From contig LWCA01000237.1 in NCBI GenBank assembly GCA_001642005.1, positions 1 to 37,565 of the forward strand: 37,565 nucleotides of DNA. The letters are read 5' to 3'. This stretch comes from Intoshia linei (Eukaryota; Animalia; Orthonectida). Positions within the stretch are counted from its first letter, which is position 1. The number at the start of each line of letters is the position of its first letter. Of this stretch, positions 25,401 to 37,456 are shown piece by piece. Under the pieces are notes generated by a model that was not told where the DNA came from, made no database searches, and was given only the letters and a program-made list of their open reading frames with translations. The translations under genes were made by a program, and so were the position numbers.

Positions 25401-28400
25401 ACGTATGATACGTTACGTACCCATTAAGTTTTTGCTTGAAAAAATTAAGAAAATATGAAAATAAACTTAAATTTAGCTATTTTGTATTAATTACTAAATT
25501 GTTGATCAAAATGTCGTTACTGACTTTTTTCAAAAACGGTGTTTTAAATAGTGGTCTATATTGAAAAATACAGCCACCTACCTACTCTGTATTTCAAACT
25601 CTCTAAATTTTAAAACGATTTGACACCCTAATGGACATTAACAAAAGAAATTGTGGACTGTAATGTTACTACAGTAATATATTGTAAAGTTCTTATAACC
25701 AGAACTGTATATTACATTATCGCTGTATAGCATTATTTATTTTACAGATTATTATACACAATTTACATTACTTTAATACTCTCTATCAAAACATTACATG
25801 GACCATGGCTCATTTTTTTATTCATTAAGGCAGTAAAATATTCCAAAATCTACCATAATAGACGCCAAACGTATAAATTATGAATACCTTAAATATGTTG
25901 AAAATATCGAAAGTGCTTAACAGATAGCCACTTATAAATCTTAGGGTATTGCCATTACACATAGAATCCAATTCAAATATGTCGTAATTCCAAAGGTGTG
26001 AATTCTAAAATTAATACATTTATTTCTTCAGAAGATATATTTAGGTTTCGTAAAGGGTTTTTAGTTCCAAAATCTGAAAAGGACTTAAACGGCGAAGGTG
26101 TCTACCAAGCTAGAGGTCTACATTTTATAATTATTAGTAAATAAATGTACAGCAAGTGTTATACTATAATTATTACTATTAATATAATAATCGTTATAAA
26201 TCATACTTGTAGTAGATTAATATTATTAATAAAGTTGATGACTTTTAGTTTCGTTATTGTAGTTTCTATTTAAATTTGTATTCAAAATATTTTGAAAATG
26301 AGAATTTGAAATTTAAAAATTGCGAAGGACGAAATTTTATAGATTTTCACCCATATTTCTTTATTGGGAATGTGTAGACGTTCACTGCACATTTTTTTTG
26401 AAATGGTAGGATCAATATTTTTATTTTAATCGAAATATTTGAAAAATATTGGTTGATAATATATTAAAAAGTTTTTTTATCGGGAATGTGTAGATTTCTC
26501 GGGTTGAACTTTTCTATTTATATCAACTGGAATAAGCTCTATCAGAATAATATTTTAGTTTAATGTTTTTTAGTTTTTTTTAATGAAATTAAATATCAGA
26601 CTAATTAAAGAATGTTCTCAACAATATATAACCATGCTGATGTCATAAACTACCTATAAAAGAATACATTTTAATACAGTCTTGTTTGCGATATTAAAAA
26701 TATTGACGACATAAGTCTTAGGCACCTTGATAATTTTAACAGTGATAATTATTTTAAAATACAAAAATTATATGGTTTTTGATAGAGTTAAGAAATGATC
26801 GACACAAAATATTGTTGATCACGAAACTTTTCGTGTTAATCAGCTGGTTATTGTTTTTTATTTAAACGAAGACACATGTTAATATATAATATACCAATAT
26901 AAACCCTTTTGAAACTAAGGTTGTTTTAAATGTAATCCTTTATTAAATTTAAATTTGTCAAAATCTAAAACCCCTATTACAGCGGTTGTCAACATACTTT
27001 ACAGTTCGTACCCCTAAACTAAAAAATAATAATTTCGTAGTACGTACTAGGGAATGATATCCGATTAATCGAAAACCCAGTTAATCGCTTAGAATAATCG
27101 GATTTTCAAAAATTTATATATGAATACTAAAATGCTTTTTTGACCGTGAAGTCATCACTTATTCGGATTTAAATTTTTGCGTGTGTTAACAGGATACAAT
27201 TGTACCACCTGAAAATTTTTTTAAATTCTAGGGCTGTTTTCATTAAAAAAAGAAAGGTAATTTGTGGTTTTGGCCCTGAAGATATAATTTTTTTAAATTT
27301 AAAATTATGATAATGTTTATGATTTTAAAATCCGTATCAGCGTATATATCTTTTTAAATTCTGCAACTCATTTGATTTTCAAAAAGAAGGATAATTTGGG
27401 TTTTTGACCCGTAAGGTGTGAGTTTGGGAGGTTGTTTTATGCTTCTACTTGTGTACCTTGACAAAAACGTTGTTTTTTTGGGTTTTCGTACATATACTCT
27501 CGTTTTTGAAAACAATTCAAATCTACTTTCATCAGTAAATGCTACATTCTGCCATTGGTTCGTCCATGCCACTTTTGCTTTACACCATTTTAAACGCTTT
27601 GATCTGTGTATTTTTTTCAGAAACGGTTTTTGACTTGTAATTCTTCCATATAATCCAAATCTATATAATACACGTTGCACCGTCCTCAAACTTGGATTTT
27701 TGAAATTATTTGAGTGGTGTTTGACCTCCAAAGCTGTCCACAATGGGTTTTTAATTGATTCCCTTTTTATAATAGCCTCTTCCCTAAATGTTAGCATGCG
27801 TTTTCTACCTGATCGTGGCAAGTCAGCTATGCCTAACCTCTTTTTATATTTTTTAATTATATTTTGAACCGCACATCGGGACATTATTAAGGTTTTACTT
27901 ATAAAAACCTGACTTTTTCCTACCTTGAATAAGGACACAACATTGCATCTTTTTTCGTCACTTATGCGCGTCATTTACTAAAAAAATAATAATATTTCAT
28001 TTATAGATCATTACATTTTAGTTTTTATTGAAATTTAATTTAGTTTAATTGAAATTATGAAGGTTCTTAAGACTTATGTTGCTCGGAATTTTACAATTTT
28101 TTACTTTTACAATTTAGTTTTTACTTTTTTAGGGTTGTTAAATATTTGTTCTTGATCATACACTAAATATGATTTAAGAAAATGTCTTAAATCATGAACC
28201 AGGAGTGTTTAAATTAATTACAATGGGTTGCCTAAGAATTATGTCGCGCACTATACATTCCTGAAACAATAAAAGTAACAATTTGATTTTGACTTGAATT
28301 TGAAAAACAATAATTACATTCAAATGCTTAAGAATAACATTAACATGTTTTTCATTGAGGTTTTTTAGTTTTTTATCAACTGAACCGATATTTGAAACGA

Positions 28401-28608
28401 GATTACTGTATTCTACATCAAAATTTTCACACAATTTAAGACAGATTTGAATTTTAGTTTGGTGTACTTGCATCACGTCTAAACAACTGTTTATCTGTTT
28501 GTGGATTATTATACACCTAAATTAATATCATTCTATAATCACTATAATTTTCTACTTTTCTTGTTCATAATTGTATTTTGTGTTATCTTCCGTATTTGAA
28601 TCGCTCAT
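19476..28608 (-). CDS. PDE1: Class I cyclic nucleotide phosphodiesterase, PDE1-like (~440 aa, 12 exons)
   Basis: Mostly missed by the ORF track. Exons 28608-28556, 28516-28318, 26004-25888, 25348-25205, 25164-25064, 24758-24633, 24094-23993, 20965-20915, 20873-20804, 20592-20511, 20404-20219, 19567-19476 join in frame (1323 nt). Motifs GYSKHNNPYHNSIHASDVTQT, IHDHEHTGTNNAFH, LYNDVSVLENHH, LATDM, LHAADISNPAK, EFFNQG, SPLC, SQIGF. The first and last junctions are less certain. Confidence 0.9.
21038..21354. mobile_element. MITE with 17-bp TIRs (hAT-like ends), 317 bp
   Basis: CAGGAGCGGATTCAAGA ... TCTTGAATCCGCCCCTG (16/17 match); flanked by ATTAG on both sides. Confidence 0.85.
22330..23589 (-). 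pseudogene. DD37E transposase pseudogene with two putative introns
   Basis: Starts MGQKNDLKMDEKSQITALL...KRDHRTIKK at 23589. Contains LFTDECRARLDGPDGW, RRQQG/GGVMF, and FMHE(for D)N-x-SPDLNPIE with 37 residues between the second acidic residue and E. Carries stops, a frameshift and an insertion at about 23140-23418. Confidence 0.88.
23140..23418. mobile_element. hAT-like fragment inserted into the DD37E transposase
   Basis: Interrupts the transposase after KSKCGR. Ends in GTGGCACCCTA (revcomp TAGGGTGCCAC); second end-like motif GGTGGTAACCATG at about 23221. Left boundary approximate. Confidence 0.5.
24192..24440. mobile_element. hAT (Charlie/Buster-type) MITE, 249 bp
   Basis: TIRs CAGGGGTGCACAACCT / AGGTTGTGTACCCCTG; TSD CAATAGAC / TAATAGAC (7/8, central TA). 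Lies in a PDE intron. Confidence 0.88.
26290..27434 (-). repeat. Inverted copy 2 of the 16960-17635 repeat, split by other TE debris
   Basis: 26290-26555 and 27115-27434 match copy 1 in reverse. Between them lie a Tc1 DR motif (about 26706-26735), a Charlie-like end CAGCGGTTGTCAAC (26980) and a TAGGGAATG end with CGATTAATCG motifs (about 27048). Confidence 0.8.
27435..28253 (-). mobile_element. Tc1-family transposon, 5' half (truncated transposase)
   Basis: ORF from 27974 has a paired-like HTH, PRSGRKR, a second HTH, KPFL...KRLKWC and the first catalytic motif FTDESRF, then runs into the inverted repeat at 27434. Terminus TA|TAGTGCGCGACATAATTCTTAGGCAACC at 28253 with an inner DR at about 28052-28082. 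Confidence 0.88.
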
Positions 28609-28789
28609 ATTTATATTTTGAAATTGTAAATTAAATTTTAATTTAAAACGCAATAATGGATTTTGTATTTTGCGCCTATATTAATATATATATTATATTA
28701 TAATTTATATTCGATTTATATGTTTATACTGGTTATAATATACTTATATTAAGGTGTTAACATTTTGATTGAATTTTAGAAATTAAAAA

Positions 28790-29980
28790 TATCCAGGGTC
28801 GTACGGCATGAGAAATGAGTTAAAACTTGTGGTATCCAAGAATAATTGAATAATAAATTGAATTGAAAAAATTGACCGTAGCGAGTGGGTCAGCTCTGCT
28901 CATGTGGTTGAAAAAAAAGATGGTGATATTAGAGAATGTGTTGATATGAGAGAAGTAAATAAAAACATTGTAATTGATTTGCACCCTTTACCTTTAATTG
29001 ATGATATACTGAATAGAACTCACGGTAGTGTAATATTTTCGAAAATTGATTTAAAGCACGCGTATCATCAAATCAATTTGAACAAAAATTGCAGAGATTT
29101 AACGGCTTTCAGTACACTCATTGGTGTATTCAGGTATAAAAGAGTACCTTTTGGATTGGCTTCAGCTCCAGCGGCATTTCAGTCAATAATGGAAAAAGTA
29201 TTGAAAGGAGATAATAATGTAGCCTGTATGTTAGATGATATTTTAATTTTTGCAAAAATTAGAATCTAAATAATATTGCTAAACTAAAGCATAATAATAT
29301 TGGGTCGAGTGTTAGATAAAAATGAAGTAAAAATTGATACTGACAAAATATCTCCTGTTAAGTTTACCTACTCCAAAGAACAAATATGCAGTTAAATCTT
29401 TACTTGGAATGACAACGTATTATTCTAAATTCATAAGGAATTTAACTATATTAGGTGTTTCTTTAATTAACTTGACACATAAAAATGAGATATTTTATTG
29501 GTCTCATGAATGTCAACATGCATTTGAAACTATAAAAAATAAAATTTCTGAAGGTGCGGTTCTATCGACATTCGACCAGAACGCTGCAACAATTGTACAA
29601 GTAGATACATGTAACATTGTTATTGGAGTAGTTTTATTGCAAATCCAAAATGGTAACGAAACTACTATTGCATTTTATTTATCCAAATTATCTAAAACTG
29701 AGATGAATTATTCCACTGGCGAGAGAGAAGCGCTAGCATGTGTTTTAGCCATGCGCAAATGGCATAATTATGTATATAGATGCCATATTATTTTAAGAAC
29801 TGATCATTTACCTCTTGTTCATATAATGAAAACAGTAACGAAAGGCCATGCTGCTGCAAGAATCAAAAGGTGGTCTATTTTTCTGAGGGAGTACACCTTG
29901 GAACATATTCCGGGCAGAATGAACGAAGTTGCTGATTGTTTCTCACGTTTGCCATGTGACCAAGAAGTGGAAAGAATTGA
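28790..29980 (+). mobile_element. Ty3/gypsy LTR-retrotransposon pol fragment (RT + RNase H), decayed
   Basis: SEWVS..VVEKKDGDIRECVDMREVN, FSKIDLKHAYHQI, PFGLASAPAAFQ, MLDD; RNase H VDT, EREALA, TDH, ADCFSR. Frameshifts and deletion between the ORFs. No gag, protease, integrase or paired LTRs seen. Confidence 0.92.
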
Positions 29981-30240
29981 TCAGTTATCAATAATTTTCT
30001 TATGGTTTATAGAGCCACAGATCATTCCACAACTGGGGTTTCGTCATCCCAAATGATATAATATTATCATATTCTTATTCTTATTATATAAATAATTAAT
30101 TAATTATCTTAAGAATATTATATATATTCTTATTATATAGTATAATATTCCAATATAGATAGTGATTAGTCATCACAAATAAAGAATAAAATCGCAACGC
30201 AACTGTTAAAATAAATATTTTTAATTTTATTTATATTAAA

Positions 30241-31532
30241 ATGACTGAAAATAATTCAGTGTGTACTTTTAAATTTAAAAAAAAGAGAAACCAAACATCA
30301 CGAAAAACCCAGAGTAAGTATCTTATTTATTCTAGAACCATTATGTAAATAGTATATTTAGAAGCAAATAAAAGTTCTGATTCAGATTCTGAGGACGAAA
30401 TTAATATTTTTAAAAAACCAAAATCTTCTTTTATAAACCCACTAATTAAGTCGGTAAATTATAAATGTTCAATATTATTTATATTTTTTCAGTCAGGTAA
30501 CTTTGAAAAAGTCAAACAAAAACTACAAGGAATTTCATGTGATTCATTTAAAAAAGTCTCTCATTCCTTTAAATCTGACGAATCAAAGGTACTTTTAATT
30601 GTAATGATATTTAAGACTTTATAGGAAAATTCCAAAGATATATGGGTAACTGCGACTAATGATATCGAGACCGAAGTGGATAAAGATTCACAGGCTCTTT
30701 TCCAAAAATATATAGACAGTAGGGAGGTATGTAATGTTACTTTTTTAATTAATATTAAAAACTAGACACTGGGATTGGATGAAAGCGAAACTGGAATATA
30801 TAAAGGAATGAATCATTACAATAAGTTCATAAACCCTAAAGATTCTGTTCAAGCCACTGCAGCTAGTGGTAAATCTAGAGTCGGTCCAATTAGAAGTTCA
30901 GCTAATGTTAATTCTTCTGTTCGATGGGATTATGCACCTTGTATTTGTAAGGATTACAAAGAAACCGGTTTTTGCGGATTCGGAGGTTTTCTAATTTAGA
31001 ACAAAACTAATGTTTTATAGATAGTTGTATTTTTATGCATGACAGAACTGATTATAAATTTGGTTGGCAATTGGAACAAGAAACGGATCAATTAAATGTT
31101 GATGGTATTGTAAACATTTATTTAAAAATATACAATTTTTAGAGGAAGATTATGAAATAAAGGATGATGACAAAGATGAATTGCCTTTTGCTTGTTATAT
31201 TTGCAGAGAATCTTTTAAAAAGCCTGTTGTTACCAAGTAATTTAATTACTTCAAAATTAATTTTTAATTGGATTTACTATGTACAATGTTATTAATTTTG
31301 AATTTTGAGGTGCAAGCATTATTTTTGCGAAGAATGTGCTTTAAATCATTATAGAGAAAATAAACGTTGTTTTGTATGTGACAAACAAACCAATGGAGTT
31401 TTCAATCCTGCCAAACGTATATTTTGTATAATTATTTTTTTAATTATACAATTTTTAGAATTATCCGAAAAGTTAAAAAAATACCGAATTAATAATGAAA
31501 ATGAAGATGAGGACGAAGACTGTTTTGAATGA
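30241..31532 (+). CDS. RNF113A: RING finger protein 113A / Cwc24 spliceosome factor (multi-exon)
   Basis: ATG at 30241 ([15 protein letters not shown]). [34 protein letters not shown]|[19 protein letters not shown] (CCCH finger) and [19 protein letters not shown]|[11 protein letters not shown]...CFVC (RING). Stop at 31530-31532. Confidence 0.95.
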
Positions 31533-31572
31533 CAGCCTTTGAATGATTGTACATTGTAAAATTAAAATTTTA

Positions 31573-33823
31573 TTATTTTTGATATAATCCACGTAATTGT
31601 TGAGAATGTCGACCAAAAAAATATCTTTTCCTTCCCGTATATACATTGTCGTACAGATTTTTTGTTTTAGATTCAAATTTTGCATTGAATTCAGCATAAC
31701 AATTCGTTTTACTAAATTTATTTTGTATGTCGTTGAGAGACTTGTCTGATATTAAATGAGATTTTTTCTAATAATATATATATTTACAATTTATTGATAT
31801 AAATATAACTATGTTAGTTTCGTAAATTCAATCACCTCAAAACATGAGCACGTTTCGCATTTATTTAGAATTTCCGAATTTATGTTTTTTTCGAAATTTA
31901 ATGTATCAACGCCACAAGTTGAATATATTTGCGTGTGACAGGAACACGAACACCTAAAAATATTTAATCAAAAAAGACAACTCTCTAAAATAGTTAGCAC
32001 CTAATCTTGAATAGTTTTTGTGTTATTAAACCTGAATTATTTATATAATAATGGAATCGCTCGACGCAAAATATTAGTAAATTAATTAAATATTAAAATT
32101 TAAATAAAAATATTTTAATCTTAAGTCGGAATTGGGCGATTTAATGTTAAAAAAATATCGATACCAAATTTTAAAATTCTAGAAATGTTTTTTTAAATAT
32201 TTAATTTTTATTTAGATTCCAATCCTGCAACCTCTCGGAGAAATTTTGATAATAAATGTAAGGTGTCAACTATAATATTTACTGTTAATAAAGAAAAATT
32301 AAAATTAATTTAGAACTTGCCAAAATACGAAATACAGATAGAAAAAAATTGTGTCCCCCATTTTTTGCAAAGGTTATCGGTTTCACATCCAATGATTTAT
32401 ATATGAATAATTTAAAAATTTATACGAAAATTTCTTTACGGTTGGTAAAACGAGAATTTTCCCTACACTATTGGTAAAACCGGATTAACCGGGTAAGTTG
32501 GTAAATTTTGATTTTTACATTTTGTTAGTAAAATGGTTAGATTATTGAAATTTTACTAAAAAAATATTGAATGATTCATATATGAATTATTGGATGTCAA
32601 ACCGTTAAAATGGATAATATATTAATATATTAAAATTCCCGCGTCTCCTCTGAGTATATCAATATAATTTAGTGGAATATTTCGTTCTAGCAACGACTCT
32701 AATCTATTCTAATCCAATAATAAGAAATATTTTAAAATTATTGGGAAACGTTTGATTAATATATACCTTTTTTGAAATAAAATGATTTATTCTACAGTAT
32801 TTTATTTTATGTAACCTGTTTTCCTTGCGCCTTTGTCTAGCTTTGCGACCTTTTACAGGAAATACATGTTCTTCGCTTAAATAATCGTGAATCTGAAAAA
32901 TATTAATATAAATACGTAGTTTCAACCATTTGGATTATATGGCCCCTGTTGGTTCGATAAAAATGTCTTTTTACCTTATAGAACCTCACAAATTGGGCAA
33001 CACTGATATTGATTCCAACAAATTAATATTTAATTAATTACAATACACAAGCCGTCATATACATTTGTAATATGTGAAGCAGCTCTTAAAAATGTAATTT
33101 TTGAAATACCCAGTTTATTTATCAGTAGAATTTTATTGAAATTATAGTACAGATTTAATTTATAAAATCCTTATATGCAAATTGTAAAAAAATGCAAAAC
33201 TTACAGAATTTGATTTTTTGTCGAGTTTTTCTTGGTATGTTTTATATATGAAATCATCGTCATATAAATTTTTTGAAGTTTTATAAATGTTTTTTTTTTG
33301 ATAATGTATGCTATCCGATATATGGGTAATGCTATTTTGTGAATAGGAATCAAGATTTTTCTAATATTTATATAACGTAAAATTATAATATTACAGGTAA
33401 ATATCCAATGGAATTTGGTATGACCTCAATTCTGCAGTCATTACCTAAATTTAAGTGAACAAGCAAACGGTAAATACCATAGGTTTTTTGAATGCAACTT
33501 ATATAATTACAACCTCTGTTGAAAGAATTATACCAATGAATTGCATTAATAGGAGAATATAAAGTATCATAATTGGGAAAAAGAGCAAATTTCGAAATAT
33601 GAGATGTATATGGATGATCTTTCAATAAATAAGCAATCCTTTGATCTTGATTAAAATTTGAAACTTTCGTAGAATCTGGTACTCTAATGTAAAATAAATT
33701 GATTAAAATTTGAAATTACATTTCGTCGTTAATTGGTTCAAGTTTATTTAAATTACACTTTGATGGTTTTGACTTGTATATATCTAAAAGGTTCCAATCA
33801 TCTCGAAACAATAAAGAATTCAT
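31573..33823 (-). CDS. C7orf31/SPMIP4-like ciliary/sperm microtubule inner protein (multi-exon)
   Basis: Spliced pieces DHPYTSHISKFALFP, KTYGNDCRIEVI, GPYNP, PVKGRKAR and terminal exon LNDIQNKFSKT...NLYDNVYTGRKRYFFGRHS follow, in order, blocks I recall from human C7orf31 (EHPYHTHICRGAMFP, KTRGNPYRYELI, GPMDP, PLEGRIAR, LQDSFSKT...DLRDN..GMKHQFYGHNS). Internal exon boundaries are not all resolved. Confidence 0.7.
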
Positions 33824-33955
33824 CTTCAATATATAATTAATTAAGAGAATAAATAAAATGACACTATTTCAATAAATACAATTTTATAGAATTGGGTTAT
33901 GTACAATCAATAAATTTGACCCATTTTATTTAAAACATTTATTAGTATAGTTTAC

Positions 33956-35307
33956 TTAAACAAGTTTGAAAAAAGATCCATTTTTTTCACCTAAATAACA
34001 ATTTTAACTTGTAATGTATTTTTACCAATAATTCCTTGTTCAGTTAAATATTTCAATGTAATATTAGTCACATGAGTCGCGGCCATTTTTAATGTTTGTG
34101 ATATCTATAATAATGTAATAAAAATATATAAATTAAAATTAATTTTACAAAATTACATTAGAATATTGATCATCCACAATATTTTTCAATGTAGTAGGGG
34201 AATTTTGAGAAATAAAATCGACTATAGCATTTTGTCTATTTTTTCTGTGATTCAAATATAGTTCAATATATTCAGCAGGGTTTATGATTTCTTGACCGTG
34301 ACCAGGTAAAATTTTTTCAAGGTTTAATTTTTTTAGACGATACATTGACTTTAAATATATCTTAACGTCTGTGTATATCTACAAATGTTATTAAATTCAT
34401 TTTTAAATTTACTTACTGTGCTAGTGCCACCTAAAATACAATCACCAGAAAAAAGAATTTTTGAGTTCAAGTCATAAAAGCACAAATGATCATCAGAGTG
34501 TCCTGGAGTGTATAAACTGTTTAAAGTCATTTCATTATCAATTTTTATCATGTCATTATCAGATATGTATTTATATTTATAATTTTTTAAGTTATCGTTA
34601 AACGTTCTTTCTTCTTGAGAAAATATATACTCTGATTCATTTTGTAGACCCAAGCGAGTGTGTTTCATAATGGTCAAATTTTTTACACTAAAAATTTATT
34701 AATAATTTATTGTAATTAAACTACAATTGTACTGTTTATTTTTTTACCATAAATCAATCAAATTTTTAATTCCGCCAGTGTGGTCAGCATGCCAATGCGT
34801 TATCAAAATTTGAGATATTTGACACTTTTCTTGAAACAATACATTTTTAATTGTATTGAAATAAGTACAGTTGTTGTCATTTCCAGTATCAATCAAAGTT
34901 CTTCTACAAAATACAATTTCAAAAATAATTGCAGTTGTTTATTCTTTATTTTTACTAATTTTTGTGTTTTGTAAGGGTGTAATAAGGTTTTATAAGGGAC
35001 GATAAATACAAGATTATTATTTATCGATGCTGTTTTTAAGAAAAATATCTAAGGTATTTATGACAAGGTAAACTACCGATTTAAATAAATATTTGGATAA
35101 GTTCCATACATAATAATTGGGTTAATAATAATAAATAAAATACAGATGTCCACTTCCAACTAGATATGTATTTGTTCCTTGTAAAGTCATTACACCAGGA
35201 TTGCATCCCAATATTCTGATTATGTTTTTACTTAATTTTTTAACAGTTTCAATTTTTGGTAATGGATATTGAAACAAAAAACCAGGTATATTCTTTTTTA
35301 TACTCAT
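33956..35307 (-). CDS. LACTB2: Metallo-beta-lactamase fold endoribonuclease LACTB2 (multi-exon)
   Basis: [37 protein letters not shown] (HxHxDH), [30 protein letters not shown]. Last exon [11 protein letters not shown] ends at 33956. Confidence 0.93.
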
Positions 35308-35889
35308 AAAATGTAAATTATTAACTTTATTTACATAATTTAATGTCTCAAAATTTTCTACAGAATGAACAAAACATTATATTATAATATTTAAAATTTA
35401 CCATTTCAAAAATCCACTTCATCAAACCACAAATAAAAAATCTAAATTTCCAGTCCTTAATGGAACAATATCCTTTTTTCAATACTTTTTTTAAAAATCT
35501 CTTATTCCAACCACAAATTACTAACGCTTGAGGGAATTATCCTCTTTTTCCAATATTATTTTGAAAAATATTATGAGTTGTTACGAACTGAAACGCTATC
35601 ATCAAGATTGTTAAAATTAAAGGAAACCCTTATGACCATTCAACCTACGTCAACACAAAATGAAAGAAATTTCACGGATATCACGGACCTCAGGCATATA
35701 GTTTTGAATTTCAACCGGGAACCACTGGTTTACTGTACATATGTTGTAATGGCGTAATGAAATTATTTAGATTACGTTACATAAATGGTAAATAAACTTA
35801 ACAATCAAATCAAATATTTATAGTTTTTTTCATATGGAGATAAAAATAAATTAGAAAATAATAAATTAAATCAACCGTATGAGTCTAAG

Positions 35890-37456
35890 ATGGAATTACT
35901 AAGCATATACTCGGCATGTTCGATTTCCACAGATGATATTTTAAATCAATACAATGTAAGTAAAAATGGTCTTAGCGATGCGAGTGTCATTAAAAGACGG
36001 AATTTGTACGGCGATAATACTATACCAACCATACCTCCTATTCCACTTTGGAAAAAATATATTGAACAATTTTCTGAACCTCTAATTATAATTTTATTGT
36101 GCTCTGGTTTGATCAGTTTTATTATTGGGCAATATGATGACGCAATTTCAATAATATTGGCAGTATTGGTTGTAACTACAGTTGCTTTTGTTCAAGAATA
36201 TAGATCGCAGCAATCCTTACTTAAATTAAAAAAACTTTGCACTGCTAAAACTAGGTGCATGCGTAATAACACCGTTCGAATAATTGAAGCTCATTTAATC
36301 GTACCTGGTGATATAATTTTGTTATCAGCAGGTGAAAAAATTGCTTCAGATTGCAGATTTATTAGTACCAGCAATTTATTTGTTGATGAATCTGTTTTTA
36401 CTGGAGAATCTCAGCCGAATGGTAAAAATTCGAATCCAATAATTTTACAGGATAAAAATATATGCAATTTAACGAATGTTGGTTTAATGGGAACAATAAT
36501 AGTCAATGGAGAAGCTATGGGTATGGTAATTACTCCCGCAAAGTTCTCAGAATTTGGTCAAATACTATCAATGGTACAATCCGAAGTTCCACCTTTGACA
36601 ATTCTTCAGGTGAGTATGCGCAAACTGGGAAGACAGTTAACCTTGCTGTTTTTTATTATTGTTGTGTGTATTTTAATATTAGGGTTAATTCAAAACCGAT
36701 CATTTTTAGAAATGCTGACAATATCTGTCAGCCTTGCGGTAGCTGTCATCCCAGAAGGACTTCCTGTTGTGGTCACTGTAACTCTTGCAATAGGTATTGT
36801 AAGAATGTCTAAAAAGAACGTTATTATTAAAAAAATGTCGACTGTTGAAGCCTTAGGATCAATTAAATGTGTATGCTTTGACAAAACTGGAACAATAACC
36901 AAAAATGAAATGACTGTTATTTCAATATTTACGAGTTGTTCTAGCTTCTACAAAATTTCTGGTATGGGTTATTCCTCATATGGAAGAATTAATAATTCTA
37001 CAACGAATGATTATGTACAATGGAATATGGATACATTTATAAATAAAATGGATAATTTTAGAACATCTATGAATTCTTTAGAAAAATTGCTTACAGCTTG
37101 CGTTATTTGCAATAATGCTACTATCAATATTGAAGGTGATGAGTTAACTCACATTGGCTACCCAACTGAAATTGCTTTACTCATTGCTGCTACCAAAGCT
37201 GGTTTGAGCGTAGAATGTATTCGCAATAGATTTATAAAGATTATGGAAACACCATTCAACTCAGAAACTAAATGTATGGATATTCAGGTTCAAATAGGAT
37301 CAAGCCAAGCAGTTTGGTTCGTCAAAGGAGCACCTGAAATTATCTTGGAAAGATGCAAATTCTTCTTTGGAAATAACGGAAATGACGAGTTAAACCAAAC
37401 GGTTAAGGATCGTTTCTGTGACCAACAAATTTTAATGTGTCGCAGAGGTTTAAGAG
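35890..37456 (+). CDS. ATP2C1: Secretory pathway Ca2+/Mn2+ ATPase (P2A, SPCA/PMR1), first large exon; gene continues past the window
   Basis: QYDDAISIILAVLVVTTVAFVQEYRS, DESVFTGES, SLAVAVIPEGLP, CFDKTGT, KGAPE. Splice donor GT at 37457. Confidence 0.93.

Noticed and set aside
27354-27434. C-terminus of the 206-aa Tc1 ORF as a novel fusion
   Set aside because: Chance read-through into the inserted repeat; the catalytic DDE is incomplete.
28665-30177. Candidate LTRs (TG...CA, AT-rich) flanking the gypsy fragment
   Set aside because: The two flanks do not align with each other, and no PBS, PPT or TSD was found.
32684-32694. RFX X-box-like GTTCTAGCAAC in a ciliary gene
   Set aside because: Imperfect match, and located inside the gene body rather than the promoter.
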